In this document: one piece after another, positions 44,575 to 54,758 of the stretch
Layout: every line of letters starts with the position of its first letter
How positions within the stretch are numbered: the first letter of the stretch is position 1
DNA from: Histomonas meleagridis 2922-C6/04-290x
Lineage: Eukaryota; Protista; Parabasalia
Direction of reading: 5' to 3'
DNA: 64,000 nucleotides
Assembly: GCA_020184695.1 (NCBI GenBank)
Contig: JAANOX010000280.1
Span: forward strand, 62,001-126,000
Notes under the pieces: model-generated
The model's input: the letters and a program-made list of their open reading frames with translations, nothing else
Databases searched by the model: none
Told to the model about the DNA's origin: nothing
Translations under genes and position numbers: made by a program

Positions 44575-44781
44575 TCCCACTTTTTCAGCTAGAATTGGAT
44601 TGTTTTTGGGTTGCGCAACCGACTATTTATCGATTTAAAAATTGAATAACAAAATGATTTCAAAGCATTTTAATCGTTGGAACCTGAATTTTGAACGTTT
44701 GACAGAAAAGCCGGTTTTTAAAACAACAGGAAAAGGATCGTTTCCCAGAATTCAAAAAACTATTCAAGCCAAACAGAGTCC

Positions 44782-46028
44782 GTGAAAAAGTCGGATCCAC
44801 GCAATCTCCCAATTCATCCTCGAACAAAACAGGTCATAAATTCATCCCTTCCAGAAGCACTCATTAAACCATCTGAGCCATATGGAAATAATGGGATGGA
44901 TAATATTAACGGGGATTTGATTCTTTTTGAGAATCAACGAATTGACGATTCAAAAGGGAACATCTTTGAAATTCAAAAATGGCTAGGTGCTGGGCAATTT
45001 GGTCAAGTTTACAGATGTGTTCAATGTTATGCTGGAGAACCCACCGATCGGCAGTTTGCCATTAAAATTTCAAAGTCAACACCCGAGGCGCATTGCCAAT
45101 TTCAATACGAAATGCAAGCTTTGTTATGGGTATGTTTCATTACTTTGAGATAATATTTAAACGATTATCTCAAAGCAACATATGAACTTCTAACACACAG
45201 CTAAAAACATATTTTAATGCCAAAGATCTATCTAAGATCTCTGTTATTGAATCAGGCTTTGTATATTGTAATCATTTTTGCATCATAATAGATTTATTAG
45301 GTCCATCTATTCTTGATGAAATCGCGGAACACAAGTACAAAGGCCTTCCATTGAAGTATGTACAATCAGTACTCAATTCTATACTACCAGTCTTATATAC
45401 ACTTTCCACCTATAATCTAATGCATCTGGATGTCAAGCCCGAGAATGTTCTCCAAACATATCCCAAGTCCACTGAAAGTTTTAAGCTTATTGATTTTGGG
45501 AGTTGTTTATTTGTCGGAGATAGTCTTGAAATTCAATATGTACAATCCCGATTTTACCGGGCCCCCGAAGTACTTTTGCGACTACCATATGATAGTAAAG
45601 TTGATATATGGTCTATTGGCTGTCTTGCAGCCGAGTTAATGTTAGGGTTACCATTATTGCCAGCTCAAAGCGAGCTACATCTTGCGTACCTAATTGTACA
45701 AACAATTGGAGAATTTCCTCCACAAATGGCGACGGCATCGCCAAGAAACTTGCAACTTTTTATGCCCGATGGAACTTTAAAAAGTCCACAACAATTATGT
45801 GAAGAAAACGACGAAGATTTTATTTCTTCTTTTCAGCCTTATTTCGTGCACCAAAAATTGGAAGACATAATTATGAGTTATGAACCTGACGAAGAAAAAG
45901 ATAACGAAATAGAAAACAGAAAAATATTTTTGGATCTGTTGAAAAAAATGTTGGTAATCGAACCGCAAAAAAGAATTTCGGCAGAAGGCGCGTTAAAACA
46001 TCCATTCATGAAAATTAAATTTAGATGA
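44782..46028 (+). CDS. DYRK/YAK1-HIPK family CMGC kinase, two exons (44782-45129 and 45201-46028); true start unresolved
   Basis: 'LGAGQFGQV', 'AIKI', 'HLDVKPEN', 'IDFG', 'YVQSRFYRAPE' and the YAK1-like N-terminal 'LIKPSEP...DN.NGDLIL'. Splicing restores the frame. Confidence 0.9.
45130..45200 (+). other. Canonical parabasalid spliceosomal intron (71 nt)
   Basis: Starts GTATGT and ends TCTAACACACAG (fused branch point/3' site consensus ACTAACACACAG). Phase 0; joins TGG to CTA in frame. Confidence 0.93.
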
Positions 46029-46944
46029 CAATGATAAACTGCTGCAAAATAATATAATTGGAAAAAAATTAATTACTTCGGCGGGTTTGATAGGTTATTA
46101 TCAATGAACGCAACTTAAATAATGAAAAAAAAAATAAATAAAAAAATAAATATCATCAGATTTTATGTTATAAAGAAATCTATTGTAAACGATTTGGGTA
46201 AATCAGATTTGAAAATATTAAAGAGACACCAATTATGACATAAAGTTAATTTGTATATATATTGCTATGATGAAATTTCGTATGGGCCTATTCTTGTGTA
46301 CAAGAATTGGTATTATTATTATTTCAGGTTTTAGGAATGTTTTTTGTAGAAAAGTTTTTATTGAAAGATGAAACAATGTTTACAACATAGTTTTTGCAAT
46401 GTGATTTTTGTGATATTTGATAATTGAGAAAGTTTAGATTTAGTTCTCCTTGATTAATTCAAGTATTGAATATTTTATTAAAGGAAATTTACTCCCTTCG
46501 AATGAAGATTCATTTCATATTTGACATTTTTTATTGTTAAATTTTAAAAGCAATTCACATTGAAATATAAATTTTGGATTTATTGCTATGCTAAGCTAAT
46601 ACTCATTACAAAAGGATCATTAATTTAAATTTAATGTATATTATTTAACAATACATTTATTTTTTACTTCTAAATACAGCGGTAATGTTAAAAAATAAAC
46701 TCAGATTCATTTTGTGGGTCATTTTCAAATGGATCTTTAAAATACACAAAATAATGATATAATAAATTTAAATTGATGCAAATTCTAATACATCTCTACT
46801 TATGTTTAACAGTGAATAAAAACATTCGTAGTATAGAATAATATAAAGTGAATTATTGAAACGTTTTTACAATAATAAAATTATATTATGCTCAACCAAT
46901 AAAATTTACTAATAATTATTATATTTTTCTATAATTTTTTTGAT

Positions 46945-48624
46945 TTATCCTCCAAAATATTTCAGCTTCAAATTCTCCATAAGTTCATTTTCATCTGGAG
47001 GATCATTTCCAAAGTCCAAGTTCGGTAATTCTGATAAATATTCAGTGCTGTTCTGTATAAAGTCTGTGAATGGCTCGAGGCCGCCCATTTCAGTAACTGC
47101 ATAAGAATATATTTCGTCAATAAAAGGTTCGCTGTTTTTTTCGAATCCTTTCTTCAGGAATATACTCGTCAAGCCAGCCACCTCAAGTGCATGAAGCATT
47201 TCTGGTGATACTGTATCTGGAATTTCTGGCATCTCATCTGGTAGCAATACAACTCCTTTTTCAACATTGATATATCTCTGTAGAAATTGTATGGCTTCTT
47301 GAGCAAATTCTTCTTTGGCTAATGGATCGGGCTTCATTGGAGCATTAGGTTTGAATATACTACTTCGAAGCATGACCTCCTGAATTTTGGAATTTGCCCT
47401 TACTGGCTGAACCCTATGAGGTTTCCTGGTTGACTGTGGTTGAATTCGTGGTTTTTCTGGTTCAATTTCAATTGGCATAGATGGGATAATGAAACTATTA
47501 CTAGCTGAACTATCACCACCGTTGGCTGGAGGGCTGCGCGCATCCCGCGGAGACTCCCGAGAATCATGTGGGCTCTTTGCGTCTTTGTTTGGGGTGTGCC
47601 CTTCATTCGGAGTGCCCCAACCACTTGGGGGGGTTCTGTTTCCATCGCTCACGGGTCTATCGTTAAACGGACTTCTGCTGTCATCATAGGGTGGCTTTCC
47701 ATCATCGTATGGAGAATTCCTGTCTTTATCATAAGGCGGTGACCTTCTATCATCATATCTGTCATTGTCATCGTTATATGGTTTCCTTCTATCATCGTAT
47801 GGCGGCGAACTTCTGCCGTCACGAGGAGGAGATCTTCTGTCGTCAAATCTATCATCGTCATCATATGGTTTTCGATCATCAAATCTGTCATCGTATGGCG
47901 GTGGCCTTCTGTCGTCATATCTATCATCGTCATATGGCCTTCGGTCATCGTTAGGTGGCGATCTTCTGTCATCATAAGGAGGAGATCTTCTGTCATCAAA
48001 TCTATCATTGTCATCATATGGTTTTCGGTCATCAAATCTATCATCGTATGGCGGTGGCCTTTGATCATCATATCTATCATCGTCATGTGGCCTTCTGTCG
48101 TCATAAGGTGGCGATCTTCTGTCATCGTATCTATCATTATTATATGGTTTTCTATCATCAAAAGGGGGTGATCTTCTGTCATCATTGTCATAAGGTCTCC
48201 TTCCATCATCATATCTATCATCATTGTCATAAGGTCTCCTTCTGTCATCATATCTATCATCGCTATATGGCTTTCTGTCATCATAAAGAGGCGGCCGTCT
48301 GTCGCCATATCTATCGTTGTCATCATATGGCTTCCTGTTATCAAAAGGGGGAGGCCTTGTATCATCATATCTATCATCATTGAATCTATTTCCAGATGGA
48401 GAATTTTTTCCACCATTATTGTATGGAATATTTCCTTCATTGTCGCGCTTATCATCACGTGGATTAAATCCTCTGTTGGCTGACAAATTTTTTGAATTTT
48501 GAATAGTTTGTGAAAATCTATTTTGGCCATTTGTTTGTTGTGGCCCCATAGATGGGTTGAATTTTCCCCAATCATTTAGATTTATCCTTCTTACCTTCCT
48601 TTTATTTTTACTGTTTTCTTCCAT
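46945..48624 (-). CDS. Low-complexity protein with (Y/F)DDRR(S/P)PP repeats and a folded C-terminal domain
   Basis: 559-aa ORF with degenerate repeats at about 47690-48380 and a unique C-terminal domain of about 130 aa. Confidence 0.75.
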   Translation of the reverse strand: MEENSKNKRKVRRINLNDWGKFNPSMGPQQTNGQNRFSQTIQNSKNLSANRGFNPRDDKRDNEGNIPYNNGGKNSPSGNRFNDDRYDDTRPPPFDNRKPYDDNDRYGDRRPPLYDDRKPYSDDRYDDRRRPYDNDDRYDDGRRPYDNDDRRSPPFDDRKPYNNDRYDDRRSPPYDDRRPHDDDRYDDQRPPPYDDRFDDRKPYDDNDRFDDRRSPPYDDRRSPPNDDRRPYDDDRYDDRRPPPYDDRFDDRKPYDDDDRFDDRRSPPRDGRSSPPYDDRRKPYNDDNDRYDDRRSPPYDKDRNSPYDDGKPPYDDSRSPFNDRPVSDGNRTPPSGWGTPNEGHTPNKDAKSPHDSRESPRDARSPPANGGDSSASNSFIIPSMPIEIEPEKPRIQPQSTRKPHRVQPVRANSKIQEVMLRSSIFKPNAPMKPDPLAKEEFAQEAIQFLQRYINVEKGVVLLPDEMPEIPDTVSPEMLHALEVAGLTSIFLKKGFEKNSEPFIDEIYSYAVTEMGGLEPFTDFIQNSTEYLSELPNLDFGNDPPDENELMENLKLKYFGG

Positions 48625-49569
48625 AAAACCAACTAAAATTCACAGGGCATGTCAATTTTTTGAGCAACTAATGGAAATTAAAAATTAAAATTAAAAAATA
48701 CCTTTCATCTTACCAAATTCCATTTTTAACACATGATTTCACAATGCCTCAACACTTTTGATAATTTAGCATTTTGACATTTTAAAATTATTTAATAACA
48801 AAATTATTGTATTTTATATTCATTTTTTGGTACAAAATCAAGGAAATTATTGTGTCTCAGCGAATATTATTTTAAGCATCAGTTACTAGTTTATTTTCAA
48901 CATATTTTAAAATCATCACTCATAATCAAAATTGTTAGGTAGTAAACCCAATTTATAAAATATTTTTAAACAGTCAATTATCTTCTGTTTCTTTTTTTAA
49001 TAATGAAGAAAATAAGAAATAAAAAATAAATTGGTGAGGGATTTATTTAAGCTGTGCGTTTGTTCGATCTTATTCTTGACAAGCAGAGCAATTGAGTTAA
49101 AGTTGCTCCATCAAAAATGATTAATGACGTTCAAAGAAAATTTTAACACCTCTTCTAACAATTTTTTTTTGTATTATCATTTCACTTAGATAAAAGAGAT
49201 ATTCATTGCTTCCATATTCTTTATAGAAAATTATATTTGATGACATTTTTGAGTTCCAACTCTTTCATTCATTTGAAAATCAAAAAAATGACGATTTTGA
49301 GTGGGGAGAAAAAATTCAATATCACTTATATTTCAACAAGTGAAAAAAAATTCCAAAAAATAATAAAACGCTCATCGAGTTCATTCTTTATAGTTTTTAT
49401 TTATATATTATTTATTTTTCTTGATCAAGAGGATGTAAGGACTTTTTGCACCCCCTATATTTTTTTTTTTATTTTCATAAGGCTTATTTAAACTTGATGT
49501 TGTTACATATTTTAAACATTTAAAAAATTTAAATCAGAATTAATTTTTCATTTATATATAATTATTTTT

Positions 49570-52200
49570 TTATTCATCTAAGATTTCATCGAAACTCTGA
49601 ATTTTTGTAATAATCTGTGGCACATTACCCATATTAAACACCGTATCTTTACTCCACTCAATGAAAGCGAACTCTTTTTCTTCCTTTTTATAATTTGAGG
49701 ATGATTGCATGAACATTGAATTTCCTCTTTTGAATGTTGATACCAATGATTTATTTTTATTTGATCTATTTTGACCCATTGAAGTTCTTCCTTGAATTTT
49801 CCAAGTAGTTCTTAAACTTGTTGAATCTGCGTCTGTTATTAACTTTGTAATTAAGTTTTGGTAACTTTGGGAGTCCTCCATGAACAAATCTGAAACTGTT
49901 TTATTTTCAAACATACTTTCGAATTCAGCTTCAATTTGTTTACCGACTGAAGCTTTTCTTCGGCTTTGAATTGCACTATTAAGGATTTTCAAGTTCCATA
50001 TTATAGGCAACAAAGGCAAGAAGCTCAAACCTTGTAAATGTTGTATCAAATCAGAAATAGTTAATGACATTTGATGATTTTGTTGAACTAAATAATATTT
50101 CCATATTGGTAATAATGTTATAGAAAGCTTATAAATATTATACATAAAACTTGGATCATATGAATATGTTTCGTTATTATTCTTCTTTAATATGTAACTA
50201 TTACTAGGAATGATTTCATTTGGCTTAAACAAAAATGGCTTTTCGTCAAGTTTAAGATAACCTTTTGTAGTAAATACATATAACGATGGAAGTTTTGTTT
50301 GTGAATTTGAGATTAAAAATGATTTAAATGTGCCCGAAAGTGGTAATATACATGTTTTAGGTGTGTAACCTGATATAGATAGAAGTAAATGATTATTAGT
50401 TATATATGAAAGTATACCTGTTGGACAAAAACAACATTGTTGCATACATTTATATCCAAATTTCTTCTCAATTGTATCTTTTCCAGGTTCATTATAATAT
50501 GGGAAATAACCAAAACATATTAAAACACCGTTTTCGGGTACTTCTGTTTTATCATTAATAACATAAATTTGTTTTCCTTTAAATAAATCGTTTTCATTGC
50601 TATTTACATTTAAAATTTGTTCTTGTTGTCTTAAAAATCCAGTTAACTTACTAAAGAAACTTTGCTCTGTAGGTTTAATATTAATATCAAAAAATTTATT
50701 TGATATTAATGTGGTCGGATCAAATATTTCATTTGGTTGCATATCACTCGATGCAACTAAACATATACCACGTTCAAGTTTTAGCGTCTTTTTAGAATCT
50801 TTTATCGAAACTATTGTCTTCAAAGATCTCTTTAGATTTAATATTTCCGAATTAGAATTAATTAAATTAGAATTAACCCAATTAGATTCATCTGTAACTA
50901 TTGATATATTAGATCCATATACATATTTGCCCTTTGGTATAATAGAAAGAACATAAATCATTCCATTATTACGTATCGCAAGTATATTTCCTGAATATGC
51001 TATAATATCAATGATATTTGTAAGTGTGAAACTATCAATGAATTGTATTTTCTCATTGTTTTGATATTCATATGCATCAATATATGAATTATTAGATTGC
51101 TTTTGTTTGTCAATAAGTAACGAATAAAGTTTATTTCCATCACGAACAATTTTTTGTACAGGTGCAGGCCGTTGTGGTGATTCGGAAGGAATAACATTAA
51201 AACTTTCATATCCAACTTCATATTTAAATATTTGCCCATTTAAAGTACCAATAAAATCATTAATTCCATATGTAATTACAGTTGAAATAGGTAACGTGCA
51301 CTTTTGACAATCTTTGATCGAATTGTTTCGTATTGAAAAAATTGTGATGTGACGTTGATGAGTAACAAAAATAAATGGAAAGTTGTCTTTGGTAGCATAG
51401 AATACTGTTATGGGAAGAGATGGAATAGAACAAGAAACAAAGCTATTATTAGAAATATCAATGAAGAAAATATGTAAGGAATTTCCAACCCAGAATAAAT
51501 TTAGCTCTTCAACAACTCCACAAAGTGTACCACTCTGTTGAACAACTGATTTAATGCTCTTGTTCCATTTTGTGAAAGTAGACGTAAAAACATTATCTGC
51601 TGATATAATGTTATCGTCTTGTGAAACATTTGGACGTGGACGAGGTACTGAAACACGTTCAATTAATTCTGATAAAAGTGGTTTGATTTGTTCAAGAAAA
51701 TCCGCAATTTTTAATGATGTATATTTGAACTCAATTTGAAGATTAGCTTCATTGGGGATGTCAACAAACTCAGCGTCATCGTCTAGTTTTGCATTTAGCT
51801 TAATATATAAAAATGTGCTAGCAACTTCGCATTGATCTATTGGAACCTTTTCAAACTGATGTAGATATTTCTTAATAACATCTCTGGCCTTGGATTTTTT
51901 ATCAATTTCAATTTTAACTGGTGATTTTCTTGTGGGAAATTTGACATTAATTGTGATCTTTGAACTTGATTTGGTATTACTTAATGAAAGTTCAAAGTGT
52001 TTGGAATCACTACCAATGTAGTCTTTAATCAGTGCATCGTCATTACAAGGCTTTCCATCAATAGATATAATTTGATTTGAAATAGAATAATTTTTATTTT
52101 CTGTGTATATCTTTGTTTTAAGGTCTAAAATTGTTTCGTTGCTTTTTGTTAATATTGAAAAAATTTCATTTTGGCCATGCACACTGATGATTTTGTTCAT
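49570..52200 (-). CDS. Ubiquitin-like N-terminal domain(s) plus beta-propeller (possibly Nup155/Nup170-N-like)
   Basis: 'TILDLKTKIY...NQIISIDGKPCNDDALIKDY' is a Ubl. Later 'CGVVEELNLFWV' and 'DFIGTLNGQIFKYEVGY' resemble Nup155 propeller blades. ATG at 52200. Confidence 0.6.
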   Translation of the reverse strand: MNKIISVHGQNEIFSILTKSNETILDLKTKIYTENKNYSISNQIISIDGKPCNDDALIKDYIGSDSKHFELSLSNTKSSSKITINVKFPTRKSPVKIEIDKKSKARDVIKKYLHQFEKVPIDQCEVASTFLYIKLNAKLDDDAEFVDIPNEANLQIEFKYTSLKIADFLEQIKPLLSELIERVSVPRPRPNVSQDDNIISADNVFTSTFTKWNKSIKSVVQQSGTLCGVVEELNLFWVGNSLHIFFIDISNNSFVSCSIPSLPITVFYATKDNFPFIFVTHQRHITIFSIRNNSIKDCQKCTLPISTVITYGINDFIGTLNGQIFKYEVGYESFNVIPSESPQRPAPVQKIVRDGNKLYSLLIDKQKQSNNSYIDAYEYQNNEKIQFIDSFTLTNIIDIIAYSGNILAIRNNGMIYVLSIIPKGKYVYGSNISIVTDESNWVNSNLINSNSEILNLKRSLKTIVSIKDSKKTLKLERGICLVASSDMQPNEIFDPTTLISNKFFDINIKPTEQSFFSKLTGFLRQQEQILNVNSNENDLFKGKQIYVINDKTEVPENGVLICFGYFPYYNEPGKDTIEKKFGYKCMQQCCFCPTGILSYITNNHLLLSISGYTPKTCILPLSGTFKSFLISNSQTKLPSLYVFTTKGYLKLDEKPFLFKPNEIIPSNSYILKKNNNETYSYDPSFMYNIYKLSITLLPIWKYYLVQQNHQMSLTISDLIQHLQGLSFLPLLPIIWNLKILNSAIQSRRKASVGKQIEAEFESMFENKTVSDLFMEDSQSYQNLITKLITDADSTSLRTTWKIQGRTSMGQNRSNKNKSLVSTFKRGNSMFMQSSSNYKKEEKEFAFIEWSKDTVFNMGNVPQIITKIQSFDEILDE

Positions 52201-52707
52201 TAAGCTGAGTTTGAAAAGGTCTGTTTGAATCCATTGGTCAAGTACCGCCAAATTACAAAGTTTAAAATAACATTTCCTGCCTTTGCTTTCATTACACTGA
52301 TTAACACTTTAGCTTCAGATGTTCTTTTCGAATGATTATAATCAAAAAAAAATTAGGTATTTTTTGCTTTTATTAATAAAATTTAAAAGATTTTATGATT
52401 TTTGTTTTAAGGATGTTCCATACATGTCTATGAACGTGTTCATCTTTAAGTTTCTTATATGTTTTTTTTATAAAAAAGCTATTTAATTACTAAAATAAAA
52501 ATTTCTAAATAACAAATTTAAAATGCCACACAAAGGTTAAAGTCTATTTAGCTTAGATGGAAAATTTAAGATCTATAAAGATTTAGAGAATAAAGATGCA
52601 ACAATGATTGCTACCCAGCTTTGCCACTTTTATGATTAGTCGATCTCTCTCAAAATCGAGGAAAGCGTTCAAAAATTGAGAGATAAATTTGAGAAGGATC
52701 GACCACT

Positions 52708-52715
52708 TCACTTTT
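52708..52715 (+). promoter_or_regulatory. Initiator (Inr) TCACTTTT of the beta-SCS gene
   Basis: Trichomonad Inr TCA(Py)(T/A), directly before ATG 52718. Confidence 0.6.
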
Positions 52716-52717
52716 AG

Positions 52718-53935
52718 ATGCTTTCAACAAGCTTCTCTCGCAAGTTCAACATCCTCGAATACCAATCCAAGGAAATCTGCGCCAAGTTCAACGTTTCAGC
52801 CGGTATCAACCAAGTTGCTTTCACACCAGATGAAGCCGCAGAAGCCTTCAAGAAGATTGGTCTTCCAGCTGTTGTTGTCAAGGCTCAAGTTTATGCTGGT
52901 GGCCGTGGCAAAGGCACATGGGTTGAAGATGGTTTCAAGTCAGGTGTTCATTTCGTTAAATCCGCCGAAGAGGCCAAACAAGTTGCCGCTAAAATGATCG
53001 GCAGACATCTTCGCACAAAGCAAACAACAAAAGAAGGCGCTCTCTGCAAGTGTGTTATGCTTTCTGACCCAGTTGAAATCAAGCGTGAATTATACTTCGC
53101 AATTCTCCTTGACCGTGCTTCTCAAGCACCAGTTGTCATCGCCTCCACACAAGGTGGTGTTGAAATTGAAGAAGTTGCTAAGAACCAACCAGATGCAATC
53201 TTCAAGGAAGTTCTTGATGGTGTTGATGGTATCACAGAAGACGTCGCCAAGCGCCTTGCTAAGAAGCTCGGTCTCCAAGGTGCTGCTTTCGAAAGTGGTG
53301 TTCAAGAAATGCAAAAACTTTGGAAATTATTTGTTGGTTCAGATGCTACACAAGTCGAAGTTAACCCACTTGCCGAAACAGTTGACGGCCGTATCATTAC
53401 AGTCGATTCCAAATTCAACTTCGATGATGCCGCACACTATCGTCAGAAACAAATCTTCAGCTATCGCGATCTCAAACAAGTCAACCCAATGGAACTTCGT
53501 GCCGAAAAGTATGGCCTCAACTATGTCCAACTTGATGGTGATATCGCATGTCTTGTTAATGGCGCTGGTCTCGCTATGGCTACAATGGATGTCATCAAAT
53601 TATCCGGCGGTGATCCAGCCAACTTCCTCGACCTTGGTGGTGCTGCTTCTGAGAAGGCCGTCACTGAAGGTTTCCTTATCATCAGTTCAAATCCAAAGGT
53701 TAAGGCAATTCTTGTTAACATTTTCGGTGGTATTGTTAAGTGCGATATGATCGCTAAGGGTGTCATCGCAGCTGTAAAGAAGGTCGGACTTAAGATCCCA
53801 CTCGTCGTTAGACTCGAAGGTACAAATGTTGAACTTGGTAAGAAATTACTTAAGGAATCAGGCCTCCCAATCATTCCCGCTAGCAACCTTACAGAAGCAG
53901 GTGAAAAGGCTGTTCATGCTGCTCGTAGTCACTAA
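52718..53935 (+). CDS. Hydrogenosomal succinyl-CoA synthetase (succinate thiokinase) beta subunit
   Basis: Leader MLSTSFSR, 'KAQVYAGGRGKG', 'QVEVNPL', 'NGAGLAMATMD', 'NIFGGIVKCD', 'RLEGTN'. Strongly biased, high-expression codon usage. Confidence 0.96.
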   Translation: MLSTSFSRKFNILEYQSKEICAKFNVSAGINQVAFTPDEAAEAFKKIGLPAVVVKAQVYAGGRGKGTWVEDGFKSGVHFVKSAEEAKQVAAKMIGRHLRTKQTTKEGALCKCVMLSDPVEIKRELYFAILLDRASQAPVVIASTQGGVEIEEVAKNQPDAIFKEVLDGVDGITEDVAKRLAKKLGLQGAAFESGVQEMQKLWKLFVGSDATQVEVNPLAETVDGRIITVDSKFNFDDAAHYRQKQIFSYRDLKQVNPMELRAEKYGLNYVQLDGDIACLVNGAGLAMATMDVIKLSGGDPANFLDLGGAASEKAVTEGFLIISSNPKVKAILVNIFGGIVKCDMIAKGVIAAVKKVGLKIPLVVRLEGTNVELGKKLLKESGLPIIPASNLTEAGEKAVHAARSH

Positions 53936-54477
53936 ACATCAAATTGCTTTATTATATTTGATTTCTTATGTTTTTTTATATGGATTAAAACTGATTTAAC
54001 TTTAGTGCAGAAGTAAGTTTTTTAAGCATATGAGCAAAGGCTAAAATTTGGTCAAATGCTCCATAAGGAAACAATAAATCTACCATCAAATTTATTTTGA
54101 GTTTTATTTAATTGTATTTTTGAGTTTTTAAATTACCGATAAATTCAATTTTGTCGGTTTTTTCCAAAACGAAAACAAATAAAGGTTTCATATAGTAGTA
54201 ACTGGAAAAATATTGAAGAACAAGAAAACCTTTTTGTCCCTTTGTTTTAGAAATTTTCAGAAAGTTCGTCAAAGCAACAGTATGTTTTTGGTTTAAGACA
54301 GGTTCAAGCCAAGTATTATATTGGATTTCGAATCTATTTAAATTTCAATAAAATTATATTAAATTTCATTATAAGTATCAGTATATATTAAGTGATGTTA
54401 TCGTAAACATGATATTTTTAATTCTAGCAGATATTTTAATTAAAAAAAAAGAGCCAAATATTTTAAAAAACAAAAAA

Positions 54478-54549
54478 TGCGTTGCCCGGGAATCGAACCC
54501 GGATCACAAGCTTGGAAGGCTAGCATGATAACCACTACACTAGCAACGC
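54478..54549 (-). tRNA. tRNA-Gly(TCC)
   Basis: GCGTTGC/GCAACGC acceptor stem, anticodon loop CTTCCAA, GGTTCGATTCC. Confidence 0.96.
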
Positions 54550-54758
54550 TTCTGAATTATTAAAAATTCCAAGTTTCATATTATGGATAATGTTTAAATA
54601 ATGTCAAAAATTGCATTCAAGAATAGATAAATTATTTTATTTATTTAGGGAACAATGTAATTTCGAAAAACTGTAAAATTTTACATTTAAGATAAATTCA
54701 TTAAAAATAAAAATAATAATTAAACATTATTTTAATAGTTATATATCCGATTTTATTA

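Noticed and set aside
47400-48575. Met/Ile/Thr-rich 308-aa ORF and His-rich antisense ORFs
   Set aside because: Alternative-frame shadows of the YDDRR repeats.
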